NCBI RefSeq assembly: GCF_035084215.1
Contig: NC_090346.1
Coordinates: 43,338,001-43,402,000 of the forward strand
Direction of reading: 5' to 3'
DNA: 64,000 bases
From: Heptranchias perlo
Taxonomy: Eukaryota
A program made the position numbers and the translations under genes. Of this stretch, positions 12,241 to 24,545 are shown in pieces. Numbering within the stretch: the stretch's first letter is position 1; every line of letters starts with the position of its first letter. The notes beneath the pieces were generated by a model, which saw only the letters and a program-made list of their open reading frames with translations, did no database searches and was not told the DNA's origin.

Positions 12241-15200
12241 TATCCCCCAACAACACTAAAACAGATTATCCCTCAACCAACATCACTAATACAGATTATC
12301 CTTCAACCAACATCACTAAAACAGATTATCCCCCAACCAACATCACTAAAACAGATTAACCTTCAACCAACATCACTAAAACAGATTATTCCTCAACCAA
12401 CATCACTAAAACAGATTATCCCCCAACAACACTAAAACAGATTATCCCTCAACCAACATCACTAATACAGATTATCCTTCAACCAACATCACTAAAACAG
12501 ATTATCCCCCAACCAACATCACTAAAACAGATTAACCTTCAACCAACATCACTAAAACAGATTATTCCTCAACCAACATCACTAATACAGATTATCCTTC
12601 AACCAACATCACTAATACAGATTATCCTTCAAACAAAATCACTAAAACAGATTATCCTTCAACCAACATCACTAATACAGATTATCCTTCAACCAACATC
12701 ACTAATACAGATTATCCTTCAACCAACATCACTAAAACAGATTATCCCCCAACCAACATCACTAAAACAGATTAACCTTCAACCAACATCACTAAAACAG
12801 ATTATTCCTCAACCAACATCACTAAAACAGATTATCCTTCAACCAACATCACTAAAACAGATTAACCTTCAACCAACAACACTAATACAGATCCTTCAAC
12901 CAACATCATTAAAACAGATTATCCTTCAACCAACAATACTAAAACAGATTATCCCTCAACCAACAACACTAAAACAGATTATCCCTCAACCAACATCACT
13001 AAAACAGATTATCCCTCAACCAACAACACTAAAACAGATTATCCCTCAACCAACAACACTAATACAGATCCTTCAACCAACATCATTAAAACAGATTATC
13101 CCTCAACCAACATCACTAAAACAGATTATCCCCCAACCAACATCACTAAAACAGATTATCCCTCAACCAACAACACTAAAACAGATTATCCCTCAACCAA
13201 CATCACTAAAACAGATTATCCCCCAACCAACATCACTAAAACAGATTATCCCTCAACCAACAACACTAAAACAGATTATCCTTCAACCAACATCACTAAT
13301 ACAGATTATCCTTCAACCAACATCACTAAAACAGATTATCCCCCAACCAACATCACTAAAACAGATTAACCTTCAACCAACATCACTAAAACAGATTATT
13401 CCTCAACCAACATCACTAAAACAGATTATCCTTCAACCAACATCACTAAAACAGATTAACCTTCAACCAACAACACTAATACAGATCCTTCAACCAACAT
13501 CACTAAAACAGATTATCCCCCAACCAACATCACTAAAACAGATTAACCTTCAACCAACATCACTAAAACAGATTATTCCTCAACCAACATCACTAAAACA
13601 GATTAACCTTCAACCAACATCACTAAAACAGATTAACCTTCAACCAACATCATTAAAACAGATTATCCTTCAACCAACAATACTAAAACAGATTATCCCT
13701 CAACCAAAACTAAAACAGATTATCCCTCAACCAACAACACTAATACAGATCCTTCAACCAACATCATTAAAACAGATTATCCTTCAACCAACAATACTAA
13801 AACAGATTATCCCTCAACCAAAACTAAAACAGATTATCCCTCAACCAACATCACTAAAACAGATTATCCCTCAACCAACAACACTAAAACAGATTATCCC
13901 TCAACCAACAACACTAATACAGATCCTTCAACCAACATCATTAAAACAGATTATCCTTCAACCAACAATACTAAAACAGATTACCCTTCAACCAACACTA
14001 AAACAGATTATCCTTCAACCAACATCACTAAAACAGATTATCCTTCAACCAACAATACTAAAACAGATTATCCCTCAACCAAAACTAAAACAGATTATCC
14101 CTCAACCAACAACACTAATACAGATCCTTCAACCAACATCATTAAAACAGATTATCCTTCAACCAACAATACTAAAACAGATTATCCCTCAACCAAAACT
14201 AAAACAGATTATCCCTCAACCAACATCACTAAAACAGATTATCCCTCAACCAACAACACTAAAACAGATTATCCCTCAACCAACAACACTAATACAGATC
14301 CTTCAACCAACATCATTAAAACAGATTATCCTTCAACCAACAATACTAAAACAGATTATCCCTCAACCAAAACTAAAACAGATTATCCCTCAACCAACAT
14401 CACTAAAACAGATTATCCCTCAACCAACAACACTAAAACAGATTATCCCTCAACCAACAACACTAATACAGATCCTTCAACCAACAACACTAAAACAGAT
14501 TATCCCTCAACCAACAACACTAATACAGATCCTTCAACCAACATCATTAAAACAGATTATCCTTCAACCAACAATACTAAAACAGATTACCCTTCAACCA
14601 ACACTAAAACAGATTATCCTTCAACCAACATCACTAAAACAGATTATCCTTCAACCAACAACACTAAAACAGATTATCCTTCAACCAACATCACTAATAC
14701 AGATTATCCTTCAACCAACATCACTAATACAGATTATCCTTCAACCAACATCACTAAAACAGATTATCCCCCAACCAACATCACTAAAACAGATTAACCT
14801 TCAACCAACATCACTAAAACAGATTATTCCTCAACCAACATCACTAAAACAGATTATCCTTCAACCAACATCACTAAAACAGATTAACCTTCAACCAACA
14901 ACACTAATACAGATCCTTCAACCAACATCATTAAAACAGATTATCCTTCAACCAACAATACTAAAACAGATTATCCCTCAACCAACAACACTAAAACAGA
15001 TTATCCCTCAACCAACATCACTAAAACAGATTATCCCTCAACCAACAACACTAAAACAGATTATCCCTCAACCAACAACACTAATACAGATCCTTCAACC
15101 AACATCATTAAAACAGATTATCCCTCAACCAACATCACTAAAACAGATTATCCCCCAACCAACATCACTAAAACAGATTATCCCTCAACCAACAACACTA

Positions 15201-16555
15201 AAACAGATTATCCCTCAACCAACATCACTAAAACAGATTATCCCTCAACCAACAACACTAAAACAGATTATCCTTCAACCAACATCACTAATACAGATTA
15301 TCCTTCAACCAACATCACTAAAACAGATTATCCCCCAACCAACATCACTAAAACAGATTAACCTTCAACCAACATCACTAAAACAGATTATTCCTCAACC
15401 AACATCACTAAAACAGATTATCCTTCAACCAACATCACTAAAACAGATTAACCTTCAACCAACAACACTAATACAGATCCTTCAACCAACATCACTAAAA
15501 CAGATTATCCCCCAACCAACATCACTAAAACAGATTAACCTTCAACCAACATCACTAAAACAGATTATTCCTCAACCAACATCACTAAAACAGATTAACC
15601 TTCAACCAACATCACTAAAACAGATTATCCTTCAACCAACATCACTAAAACAGATTAACCTTCAACCAACAACACTAATACAGATCCTTCAACCAACATC
15701 ATTAAAACAGATTATCCTTCAACCAACAATACTAAAACAGATTATCCCTCAACCAAAACTAAAACAGATTATCCCTCAACCAACAACACTAATACAGATC
15801 CTTCAACCAACATCATTAAAACAGATTATCCTTCAACCAACAATACTAAAACAGATTATCCCTCAACCAAAACTAAAACAGATTATCCCTCAACCAACAT
15901 CACTAAAACAGATTATCCCTCAACCAACAACACTAAAACAGATTATCCCTCAACCAACAACACTAATACAGATCCTTCAACCAACATCATTAAAACAGAT
16001 TATCCTTCAACCAACAATACTAAAACAGATTACCCTTCAACCAACACTAAAACAGATTATCCTTCAACCAACATCACTAAAACAGATTATCCTTCAACCA
16101 ACAATACTAAAACAGATTATCCCTCAACCAAAACTAAAACAGATTATCCCTCAACCAACAACACTAATACAGATCCTTCAACCAACATCATTAAAACAGA
16201 TTATCCTTCAACCAACAATACTAAAACAGATTATCCCTCAACCAAAACTAAAACAGATTATCCCTCAACCAACATCACTAAAACAGATTATCCCTCAACC
16301 AACAACACTAAAACAGATTATCCCTCAACCAACAACACTAATACAGATCCTTCAACCAACATCATTAAAACAGATTATCCTTCAACCAACAATACTAAAA
16401 CAGATTACCCTTCAACCAACACTAAAACAGATTATCCTTCAACCAACATCACTAAAACAGATTATCCTTCAACCAACAACACTAAAACAGATTATCCTTC
16501 AACCAACATCACTAAAACAGATTATCCTTCAACCAACATCATTAAAACAGATTAC
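12241..16555. repeat. 30-bp-unit minisatellite (~145-150 copies), SINE-derived, with higher-order repeat structure
   Basis: Consensus TATCC(C/T)TCAACCAACATCACTAAAACAGAT, with 26- and 27-bp deletion variants. The unit matches the body of SINE copies at ~24305, ~50810 and ~62220. Confidence 0.98.
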
Positions 16556-17149
16556 TAACAGCTACCGCACAGAAACAGGCGGAAAGAGGCAGTTGAAGAT
16601 CGGGAAGCCCAGAGACCGCCTGCCAGCACTCAGGTAAGTCGTTGGGGGTGGAGTAGGTATCGACATGGTCTTGTGGATGGGAGGGAGATGAGCCGGGGTA
16701 GCAGTGACACAGACTTTCCTTTTGGGGTCCAGAGGAGCACACCTACTCCCCCTGGCCCCACAAAGGGCGGTGGCTTCTTTCAGTCCAGGTTTCACTGCGT
16801 TGAAGTCACAGCCTGGTGGGAATGGGGTAGAAAATTGACCCTCTCCATTTTAACTCCCCCTTTTGTGTCTAGTTCATATTTGTGTCAGTCGGACTTCAGG
16901 TGTCATACTATCGCACATGCAAGTTTCTGTGTCACAGGTTAAAAAAAAAGAGAAAGCAAGCCAGTCTGACCTTGAATTGACCTGAGCATCTGAAAGATGA
17001 ATTAATGTCTTAGGGTGCGTTTACACTGCTTTTACCTGTCTGAAACTGATAACTGCTGCTCAGGGTTCCAACCAAGCAGAAGCCTGTTTACATTGGTTGG
17101 CTTCTGCCTGGCTAGTAGCTTAGCTGCCCTGTTTAGGGGAGAGAACCCA

Positions 17150-17345
17150 CCTCCTGCTTTCTCGACCCTATTCCCACTAAACTGCTGACCACCCAACTTC
17201 CCTTCCTTGCCCCCATGCTAACTGATATTGTAAACGGTTCCCTCTCCTCAGGTACTGTCCCCCTTCCTTTCAAATCTGCCATTATCACCCCCCTCCTCAA
17301 AAAAAACACCCTTGACCCCTCTGTCCTTGCAAACTTCTGCACCAC
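17150..17345 (+). mobile_element. L2/CR1-group LINE ORF2 fragment
   Basis: Plus-strand translation LDPIPTKLLTTQLPFLAPMLTDIVNGSLSSGTVPLPFKSAIITPLLKKNTLDPSVLAN. Confidence 0.85.
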
Positions 17346-17837
17346 ATTTATAATGAAACTGCCTATGTAAACTCATCACGCTGTAAATACACCCTCCTCC
17401 CAGCGGTAGTGCTGTAGTGCCTCAGTTTTGCATCTCCCAGCTCCTCATCCTGTACCGCAGAGAAACTCCTGTGCCAACTTTACTCCTCAGCTTCCCAAAT
17501 TGCTGTCAGTTTTGTCTCAATATCTAAAAATGAGGATAGAATGTATGATTTTAAAATGAGGACTGAATTACATCTGCACATCCTGGTCCAATTGTTCCCA
17601 CTCTCTAAGCCCCTTTCACCTGAATATTACACTTGGTCTTCACTTCCATGTGCAGCCCCATAGTAAATTCACAAATGATCATTGAAAACCTCTGAAAAAC
17701 ATGTAAAATGAGATTTAGTATGATGTGAGGAATTTTTGGAGCTTTTAACCAAGAAGTGTTTTTGTGAATTAGCTTGAAATGACAAACGTGGACTACTTGT
17801 GCATTTTCTGGTAGTTTCTGTGCTTATTTTTAAAATA

Positions 17838-18292
17838 GATATAGAATCATAGAAGTTTACAACATGGAAACAGGCCCTTCGGCCCAACATGTCCATGTCG
17901 CCCAGTTTATACCACTAAGCTAGTCCCAATTGTCTGCACTTGGCCCATATCCCTCTATACCCATCTTACCCATGTAACTGTCCAAATGCTTTTTAAAAGA
18001 CAAAATTGTACCCGCCTCTACTACTGCCTCTGGCAGCTTGTTCCAGACACTCACCACCCTTTGAGTGAAAAAAATTGCCCCTCTGGACCCTTTTGTATCT
18101 CTCCCCTCTCACCTTAAATCTATGCCCCCTCGTTATAGACTCCCCTACCTTTGGGAAAAGATTTTGACTATCTACCTTATCTATGCCCCTCATTATTTTA
18201 TAGACTTCTATAAGATCACCCCTAAACCTCCTACTCTCCAGGGAAAAAAGTCTCAGTCTATCCAACCTCTCCCTATAAGTCAAACCATCAAG
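17838..18292 (-). mobile_element. CR1 LINE 3' fragment
   Basis: YRERLDRLRLFSLESRRFRGDLIEVYKIM...TRGHRFK; (atagaatc) tail. Confidence 0.9.
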
Positions 18293-18769
18293 TCATGTTG
18301 GAGTTAAGAGGTGGATAATATGGCAAAGTGCCATTAATGCTATGAGGTAGATAGATCTGTTACATTTTCTACCATTCTTCAACTTGATGAGCAGTATATA
18401 AGCAATATAATTCCCCCAACAATTCTAACATCAGATTAAATTAATAAAATTAAATCAATATGAAAAATGTTACTCTCCTTATATTCATTGCATAGAAACA
18501 GTGCCACCTACTGAGTAAAGAGGACAATGACAAAGTAAATAATCGCTGTGTAACATCAACCATGAGTATACAGTTAACAACTTTTTTTGCAAAAGTTCTC
18601 TCTAAATTCTCACTTAGCTTAAAACTTCTTATATTAAGAACACGAGGATAGATTTTTCTTCAGGATTCCACCCGTTTTCTGACAGTCCCAGGGTAGAGGA
18701 GGAAAATGGGACAGGGAGGCTTACCACCGAATCCCAGCTCCAAAAAAAACCGACCTGCATAGGACTTAG

Positions 18770-18952
18770 CTGTGACTTAGTGATAGTACTCTCGCCTCTG
18801 AGTCAGAAGGCTGTGGGTCCAATTCTTGCTCCAGAGACTTGAGCACAAAATCTAGGCTGACACTGAGGGAGTGCCGCACTGTTGAAGGTGCTGTCTTTCA
18901 GATGAGATGTTAAACCGAGGCCCCGTCTGCCATCTCAGGTGACATAAAAGAC
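18770..18952 (+). mobile_element. SINE 5' half
   Basis: Matches the head and body of 61960-62160. Confidence 0.82.
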
Positions 18953-20699
18953 ATTCTTTTAGATACCAGGGTACCATGTATCTTGCTCAAGAATCATGGC
19001 ACATTAATTAGTCTGTTGTGCTAAAACTTTGATATGCCCAGCTCAGGATAGCACCAGTGATCTAATTAGAAATACCTGGCTATACTAGAATGTGTGAATG
19101 TTTTATCTGTGTTACAAGGATCTCCCGGAATGCAAGGATTAACTGAGGGGAATCCAGAATGCATATAGTATTTCTACAGATCTGTAGCTGTGATTCTCAG
19201 AAATCATCTTAAAACTTTTCTGCCACAAATTTATACACACCCAATAGTTGGAGAAGGCAATGTCTGATTGGTTCTGACAGGCTCCAGCCTGCTCACTAAC
19301 TGATCTGATTGACAGCTTCCAGACTCATCTTTCAATTAATATGATTAAATTGATACTGACAGCCCCCAATCCCAGTGGAAAAAAATCCGATTTCTCTAGA
19401 GAAATGCTAATAAGTTGACACATGGGTTGAATTGCTGTCAGCTTAAAACACTGAAGGTTGGAACAAATGCAGATTTGCACCTGCCCTAAATCCCGTGAAG
19501 GCAGCACTCATTCATATTGCTGAACCATCTGCAACATGACATGGCTGTTTGTGTTCTGAACATTCCCCATTTATACTGTAGAGCCAGATTTGGAACACTG
19601 GCAGCAATACCAGAACAACTATGCCTGTGCAAGATTGTGGATACGCAATTGCTTTAAAGGCAAGTTCATGACTTTATGTTTCTAGCATTGGGGGTGATCT
19701 GTACAGGGCAACAATTTCAAAGCCACATTGCTGAAAATGTGGGCATCTGTGTACTTCCTTTAGGTAGTATCAAAAGTTTTTTTAAAAACCTAGTAAAAAG
19801 ATATTGGAGCATTTGTAATTGTTAAATCTATTGTATTAAAAAGTGTCCATCCTTGCAAAGCTATTATTTAGATGTTTTTATTTTCTAGGAATAGTTTTAC
19901 AACACTTCTTGTGCATTCATGCCAGCCTCCATGAGAAGGTTGGAAGCCATTTAATGATAAAAGACAATTTTGTGTGGTTCAAAAACTGCGAGTCTGTTTG
20001 TCAAATTTGTAAATTATTTTCCAATTGTATATCCTGAGGCTCTTTTTAATGGGAACTATGATGTATGCTTTTATAATTTGGTTTCAGCCATTAGATATGT
20101 TCCACGTTTTAAGTCAACCCAGTTTGGAATACTCATATTTTCCGTTTTTAAGTGTCTGTTTTAGTGAAAGGAGACAGAAAGGGTGCTGGACAAACAGAAC
20201 GACAGGAGGAAACAGGAATTCGAGGGTATGAAACAAATGAAGAGACAGTTGCATAAGTGAAGAGACAAACAGATTTTATTTTCCATATCATCTGTGAGCA
20301 ACACCACGGGAAATCAGTAAAGTTGCTAAGCAAAATGAGAAATGCTATCTGTTTTGTAATTCATTATTGTTGAGAATTGATTTATATTGAACAACCATTG
20401 CTCCGGCGTTGGATACTCACTAACGGTGACTGTTGTGATTCCTGTACAAAGTAAAACTTTAAGTAGTGTTTAAAAAAAAACTTGCAAATGTTGGAAATCT
20501 GAAATAAAAACAGAACATGATGAAAATACATGTATTTTGAGAGAAAAGACACATTGATGTTAGGGTTTTAGATCCTTTGTTAAAACTTGAAGTGGTATTT
20601 ACCAGTGCAAAAAAAAATGTGAGCTGCCTGGACCAGAGTATTCAGAAAGGTCAGTTGGAAATTCCGGACCGAATTATTCCTTTTATCCTGGATTGAGGG

Positions 20700-21050
20700 T
20701 GAGTGTCAAATCCCGGACTGGAGTTTACCCTTTTTATTTCCATGACGTGGTCACGATGCTAAGCGAGCCAATCAGCGGCGCATTCCGGCTCATCGACGGG
20801 TGGGAGGAAATGCAAGCGCGTGAATGGGTTTGATTGACGCGGACTGCAGCCAATCGCCGCGCGCCCTGGCGCACGGTAGGGGGTGGGGAGAGAAGTATGA
20901 TTGGTTGAAACGGAAGGCAGCGCTCCAATGGGCTGGGAGGACGGGCCGGGAGTGACGCGGCAGTTGTTGTCAGGGTGTTTTGGCTGAAACTTTAATGGCG
21001 GCCTGACTGGGTTATGTTGTACAGCGGCCCTTGACCCGGGCGAGGAGTGA
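20700..21050 (+). promoter_or_regulatory. BFAR CpG-island promoter with multiple CCAAT boxes
   Basis: CpG-rich. CCAAT at 20768, 20850 and 20925; ATTGG at 20900; TGACGTGG at 20743. Lies upstream of the acceptor (ttacag|, exon start 26321) of the BFAR ATG exon. Confidence 0.75.
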
Positions 21051-22314
21051 GATGAAGAAAAAGCAATTTATTGGGAAAGGTATTTGTGCTTTTCAAAGTA
21101 AGTCTTTCCCTGTGGGTCTTCTTTCTGGGCCAGCTGGCTGGGATCGACCTCAGATCCATATTATCGGGCTCCATTTTATTATAGGCTATTTAATCAGGAA
21201 TTCGCAGGGCTGAAGTACAATACACTCGTGAGATCAAGGTGCTACGGGGTCTGTATTATATAGTAAATTGCAAACAAAAAAAATGCCGTTTTATACGAGT
21301 GTATTTCGCCATCCAATGTCATTGAGAGAAGCAGTGGTGGATATAGAATAAATTCCCCCATGTAGTGGCTGCACCTCTGGTGATTTATTTAAAATAACTT
21401 AAGAGTGCATAATTCGTTGGGTGGCACAGCTATAAAATCTGTTTTGAGTGGTTACTTTTCTATAAATCCCATGTGTGTATTTTATTCAGTGTAGTTTAGT
21501 AAGAGTTTTTTTTCCTCCAGAAAAAAGATTGTGTGGGATGAATTGCATGGTAATGTTATGCCTGAAAAATTCTGGACACTGGATGGTTTAACAAAAGAAA
21601 TTAAATGTTCCTCTGTTGACTTTTTAGAAAAGAGTCTGGTAGTGTAAACCAAATACACTTTTTATATTTGCATTTATGTAGGACATTATCATGTTTAAAT
21701 CTCTCAAAGCTCTTCACACAATGTTTTACTTTTGCAATGTAGTGATTATTATAATGTAGGCAAATACATACAATGTAAGTTAACTCCCACTATCCTGAAC
21801 AGTGAGTGGCTCCTAGTCACTCATATATAATTATCTTACTATGTCAGTTCCCAAGTTTGTCACTAGTGTTAAACACAACTTATGTTTGTGTTTCAGCCAC
21901 TACTCATGTCCTCTCTCTATTCTGTTTATACCATATATTTGAACCAATGACATGGTCTTGCTTGACTGTTCCTTTACTTTCTAGGTCACAAAATAACTAA
22001 ATGATCCTGTGCTCAATTGGTATAGAGATGTATAAGATAGGAAGCACAGTAGAAAAGGTTCATCTTGAGCACCATGTGAAGTTAAACCACATGTGCAGGA
22101 GAATGGGTCATGGGTATGAACTGGTAAGACAAGTTCAGGATTGATGTCAGGAAGCACTTCACACAAGGAGTGCTTAAAACCTGACCGTGATCTTCCAGGT
22201 AGGGTAATGGAGACAAAAACTCTGGAATAATTCAAGAGGATGTTAGATGCCATGATGGGAGGATTATAGGATGACTTAGGTTGAATGGCCTTCTTCATTT
22301 GTATTTATCTTTTT

Positions 22315-22730
22315 GGTAGCACTGTCATCACTGGGTCAGAAAGTTGTGGGTTTGAGCCCCAAATTAGGATTTGCACTTTTAATCTAACCTTATACTGTAT
22401 TGATGGAGTGTTGAATTGTTGGAGGTGCTGTCTGAAATTTTAAAATTGAGGTCACGTCTGCCTCTTTGGTGGCTCAGGTTGATGTATGTTGCGATTCAAA
22501 GAACAGGAGATTTCTCCCGGTATCCTGGCCAAGATTCCCTCTGCAAGCAATATCACCAAAAGACAGATCAACTGGTTGTTCACCTCATCGCAGTTTGTGG
22601 GATGCTGCTGGTGCAGAATGGTTGCTGTGTTTGCCTAGGTAAGTCACTGCATTTCAAAGTAATTCATTGCATGATGCATTTGAGATGTTTCAGTTGTGTT
22701 AAGGCACTACATAAATGCAAATATTTTTTA
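22315..22730 (+). mobile_element. Deu-domain SINE (diverged)
   Basis: tRNA-like head, gtttgtgggatgctgctg core, ataaatgcaa tail. Confidence 0.78.
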
Positions 22731-24144
22731 CTAGTAGATTTCCCATTGAATTTCTCACAGTAAGTCAGATTATATGCTGTTCTATAATGATTATTAAGCA
22801 CAATGTGTTACTCTGGTACTAAGGCAGCAGTGTTTTTATTTGTTCTTGGGATGTTTGTGGCACTGGCAAGGTTGTATTGTCCACCTCCTGTTGCAATTGG
22901 TTTTACAGCTGAGTGGCTTGCTTGGCCACTTCGGAGGGTATTAAGACATAGTGTGGGACTGGAGTGATGTGTAGGCCAGACTGGGTAGAAATGGCAAGAC
23001 ATATTAGTTAGCCCAAGGAATAAATTTTTGTCACTAGACAGGTAGTTTTCAAAAGAACTAAAACGCATCATGGATTTGTACACTGTATTTTTGCTTTCGT
23101 GACAAGTTTGATCCAGCTATTCTGGCCTTTCCTGACTAAGGGTCTTGGGCAAAATGTGTGACCATAACTGTACTCTTGTTGGGTATGTGTCGACTGCACA
23201 CAATTGGCTGCCATTTTGTGCTAAATGGGTAATCTCACTTGGAGGCCATGAAGATGGCTGCTATGGGAAATTGAATAGTTCACAGTCGGGGAGCTATTCT
23301 GCGATTAGGCAGCGTTAGAAAGCCTGTATTGTTTGCATCCTAGACAATATTCAAATGGCTTTTTACGTTGGTGCAGGTTGGTTAATTTAAATTACAGATA
23401 GTCTCTTTAGAACAAAAACCATTTAAATTAAAGAACTGATTTATTCCATTGTAGATAAGTTAAGTGTTTGTACCTCACTTTTTATAAATCAAGATATAAA
23501 TCAGAGCTGCATCAAGTATTGATCTGATTTGAGAAAGAGAACTCCTGAGATTACCTAGAAGTGTCGGTATTCACACCTGTTGAGTTAAAAATAGGAGATT
23601 TGAGGCAGCAGAGGGCTTTGGTCCTGAAAGGTTGTGAATTACTTTACCAGAAGTTTGTGCTTGAGTGGACAGATAGAATTCATAGTGCAATGTCAAGAAT
23701 TTTGTAAAAAGACAGACACTTGAACTGAACAGTAGTTCTCCTTTCTAAGGATAATTAACCTATTATTGAACATTCTTAGTATGTTAAGTATGTATTGTGC
23801 TTTTAGTATTTGCTGTTTTGATTCATATTGTTACTTGTTTGTAAATAGTTACTTGTAGCTTTAATCTATAAATCTCTGGTCTGTTGTTATCCACAGTTTC
23901 AAAGAAAAAAAAGTGTAGTACCTGTATGAGCTTGTGTTAAATCCAATACACAGATTATTGCAAATGGAAAGATAGCCGTGCGGTATGTGACTCTGCAAGA
24001 CCTGTATGCAGAGAAAGTGCAGCTTCCGAATCATAAAGGACAACCTTTGCTTATTGGAACTGACATTAGTCTATTGTGAGAGGGGGAGAAGAGACCACAC
24101 CTTGAATACTATAGTCACAGGTACACAAAAATCAGCATCAGAAG

Positions 24145-24545
24145 AAAGAGAGAATTTATATTTATATAGCACCTTTCACGATGTCAGATGCCCCAAAGCC
24201 CTTCACAGCCAATGAAGTATTTTTGAAATGTAGTCACTGTTGTAATGTATGGAATTCCGCACTGCAAGGTCCCATAAACAGCAGTGAGATATGTGACCCG
24301 ATACTTGTTTTAGTGATGTTGATTGAGGGAGGACACCAGGAAAACGCCCCAACTTTTCTTTGAATAGTGCCATGGAATCTTTTACGTTCAACTGAAAGTT
24401 CTCATCCAAAAGGCAATGCAGCATTCCCTCGGTATTACACTGAAGTGTCAGCCAAAATCATGTGCTCAAGTTTCTGGAGTGGGCTTGAACCCACAACCTT
24501 CTGACTTTGAGGTGAGAGTGCTACTACTGAGCCAAGGTTGACTTT
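24145..24545 (-). mobile_element. Deu-domain SINE
   Basis: Reverse complement of the family consensus; includes a segment homologous to the minisatellite unit (~24305-24330). Confidence 0.85.

Noticed and set aside
12132-12435. Mucin-like repeat ORFs (TNITKTDYPS / LKQIIPQPTS)
   Set aside because: Translations of the minisatellite, broken by TAA variants and by frame-shifting 26-bp units.
12241-16555. CRISPR-array-like 30-bp periodicity
   Set aside because: Units are head-to-tail with no unique spacers, there are no cas genes, and the context is eukaryotic.
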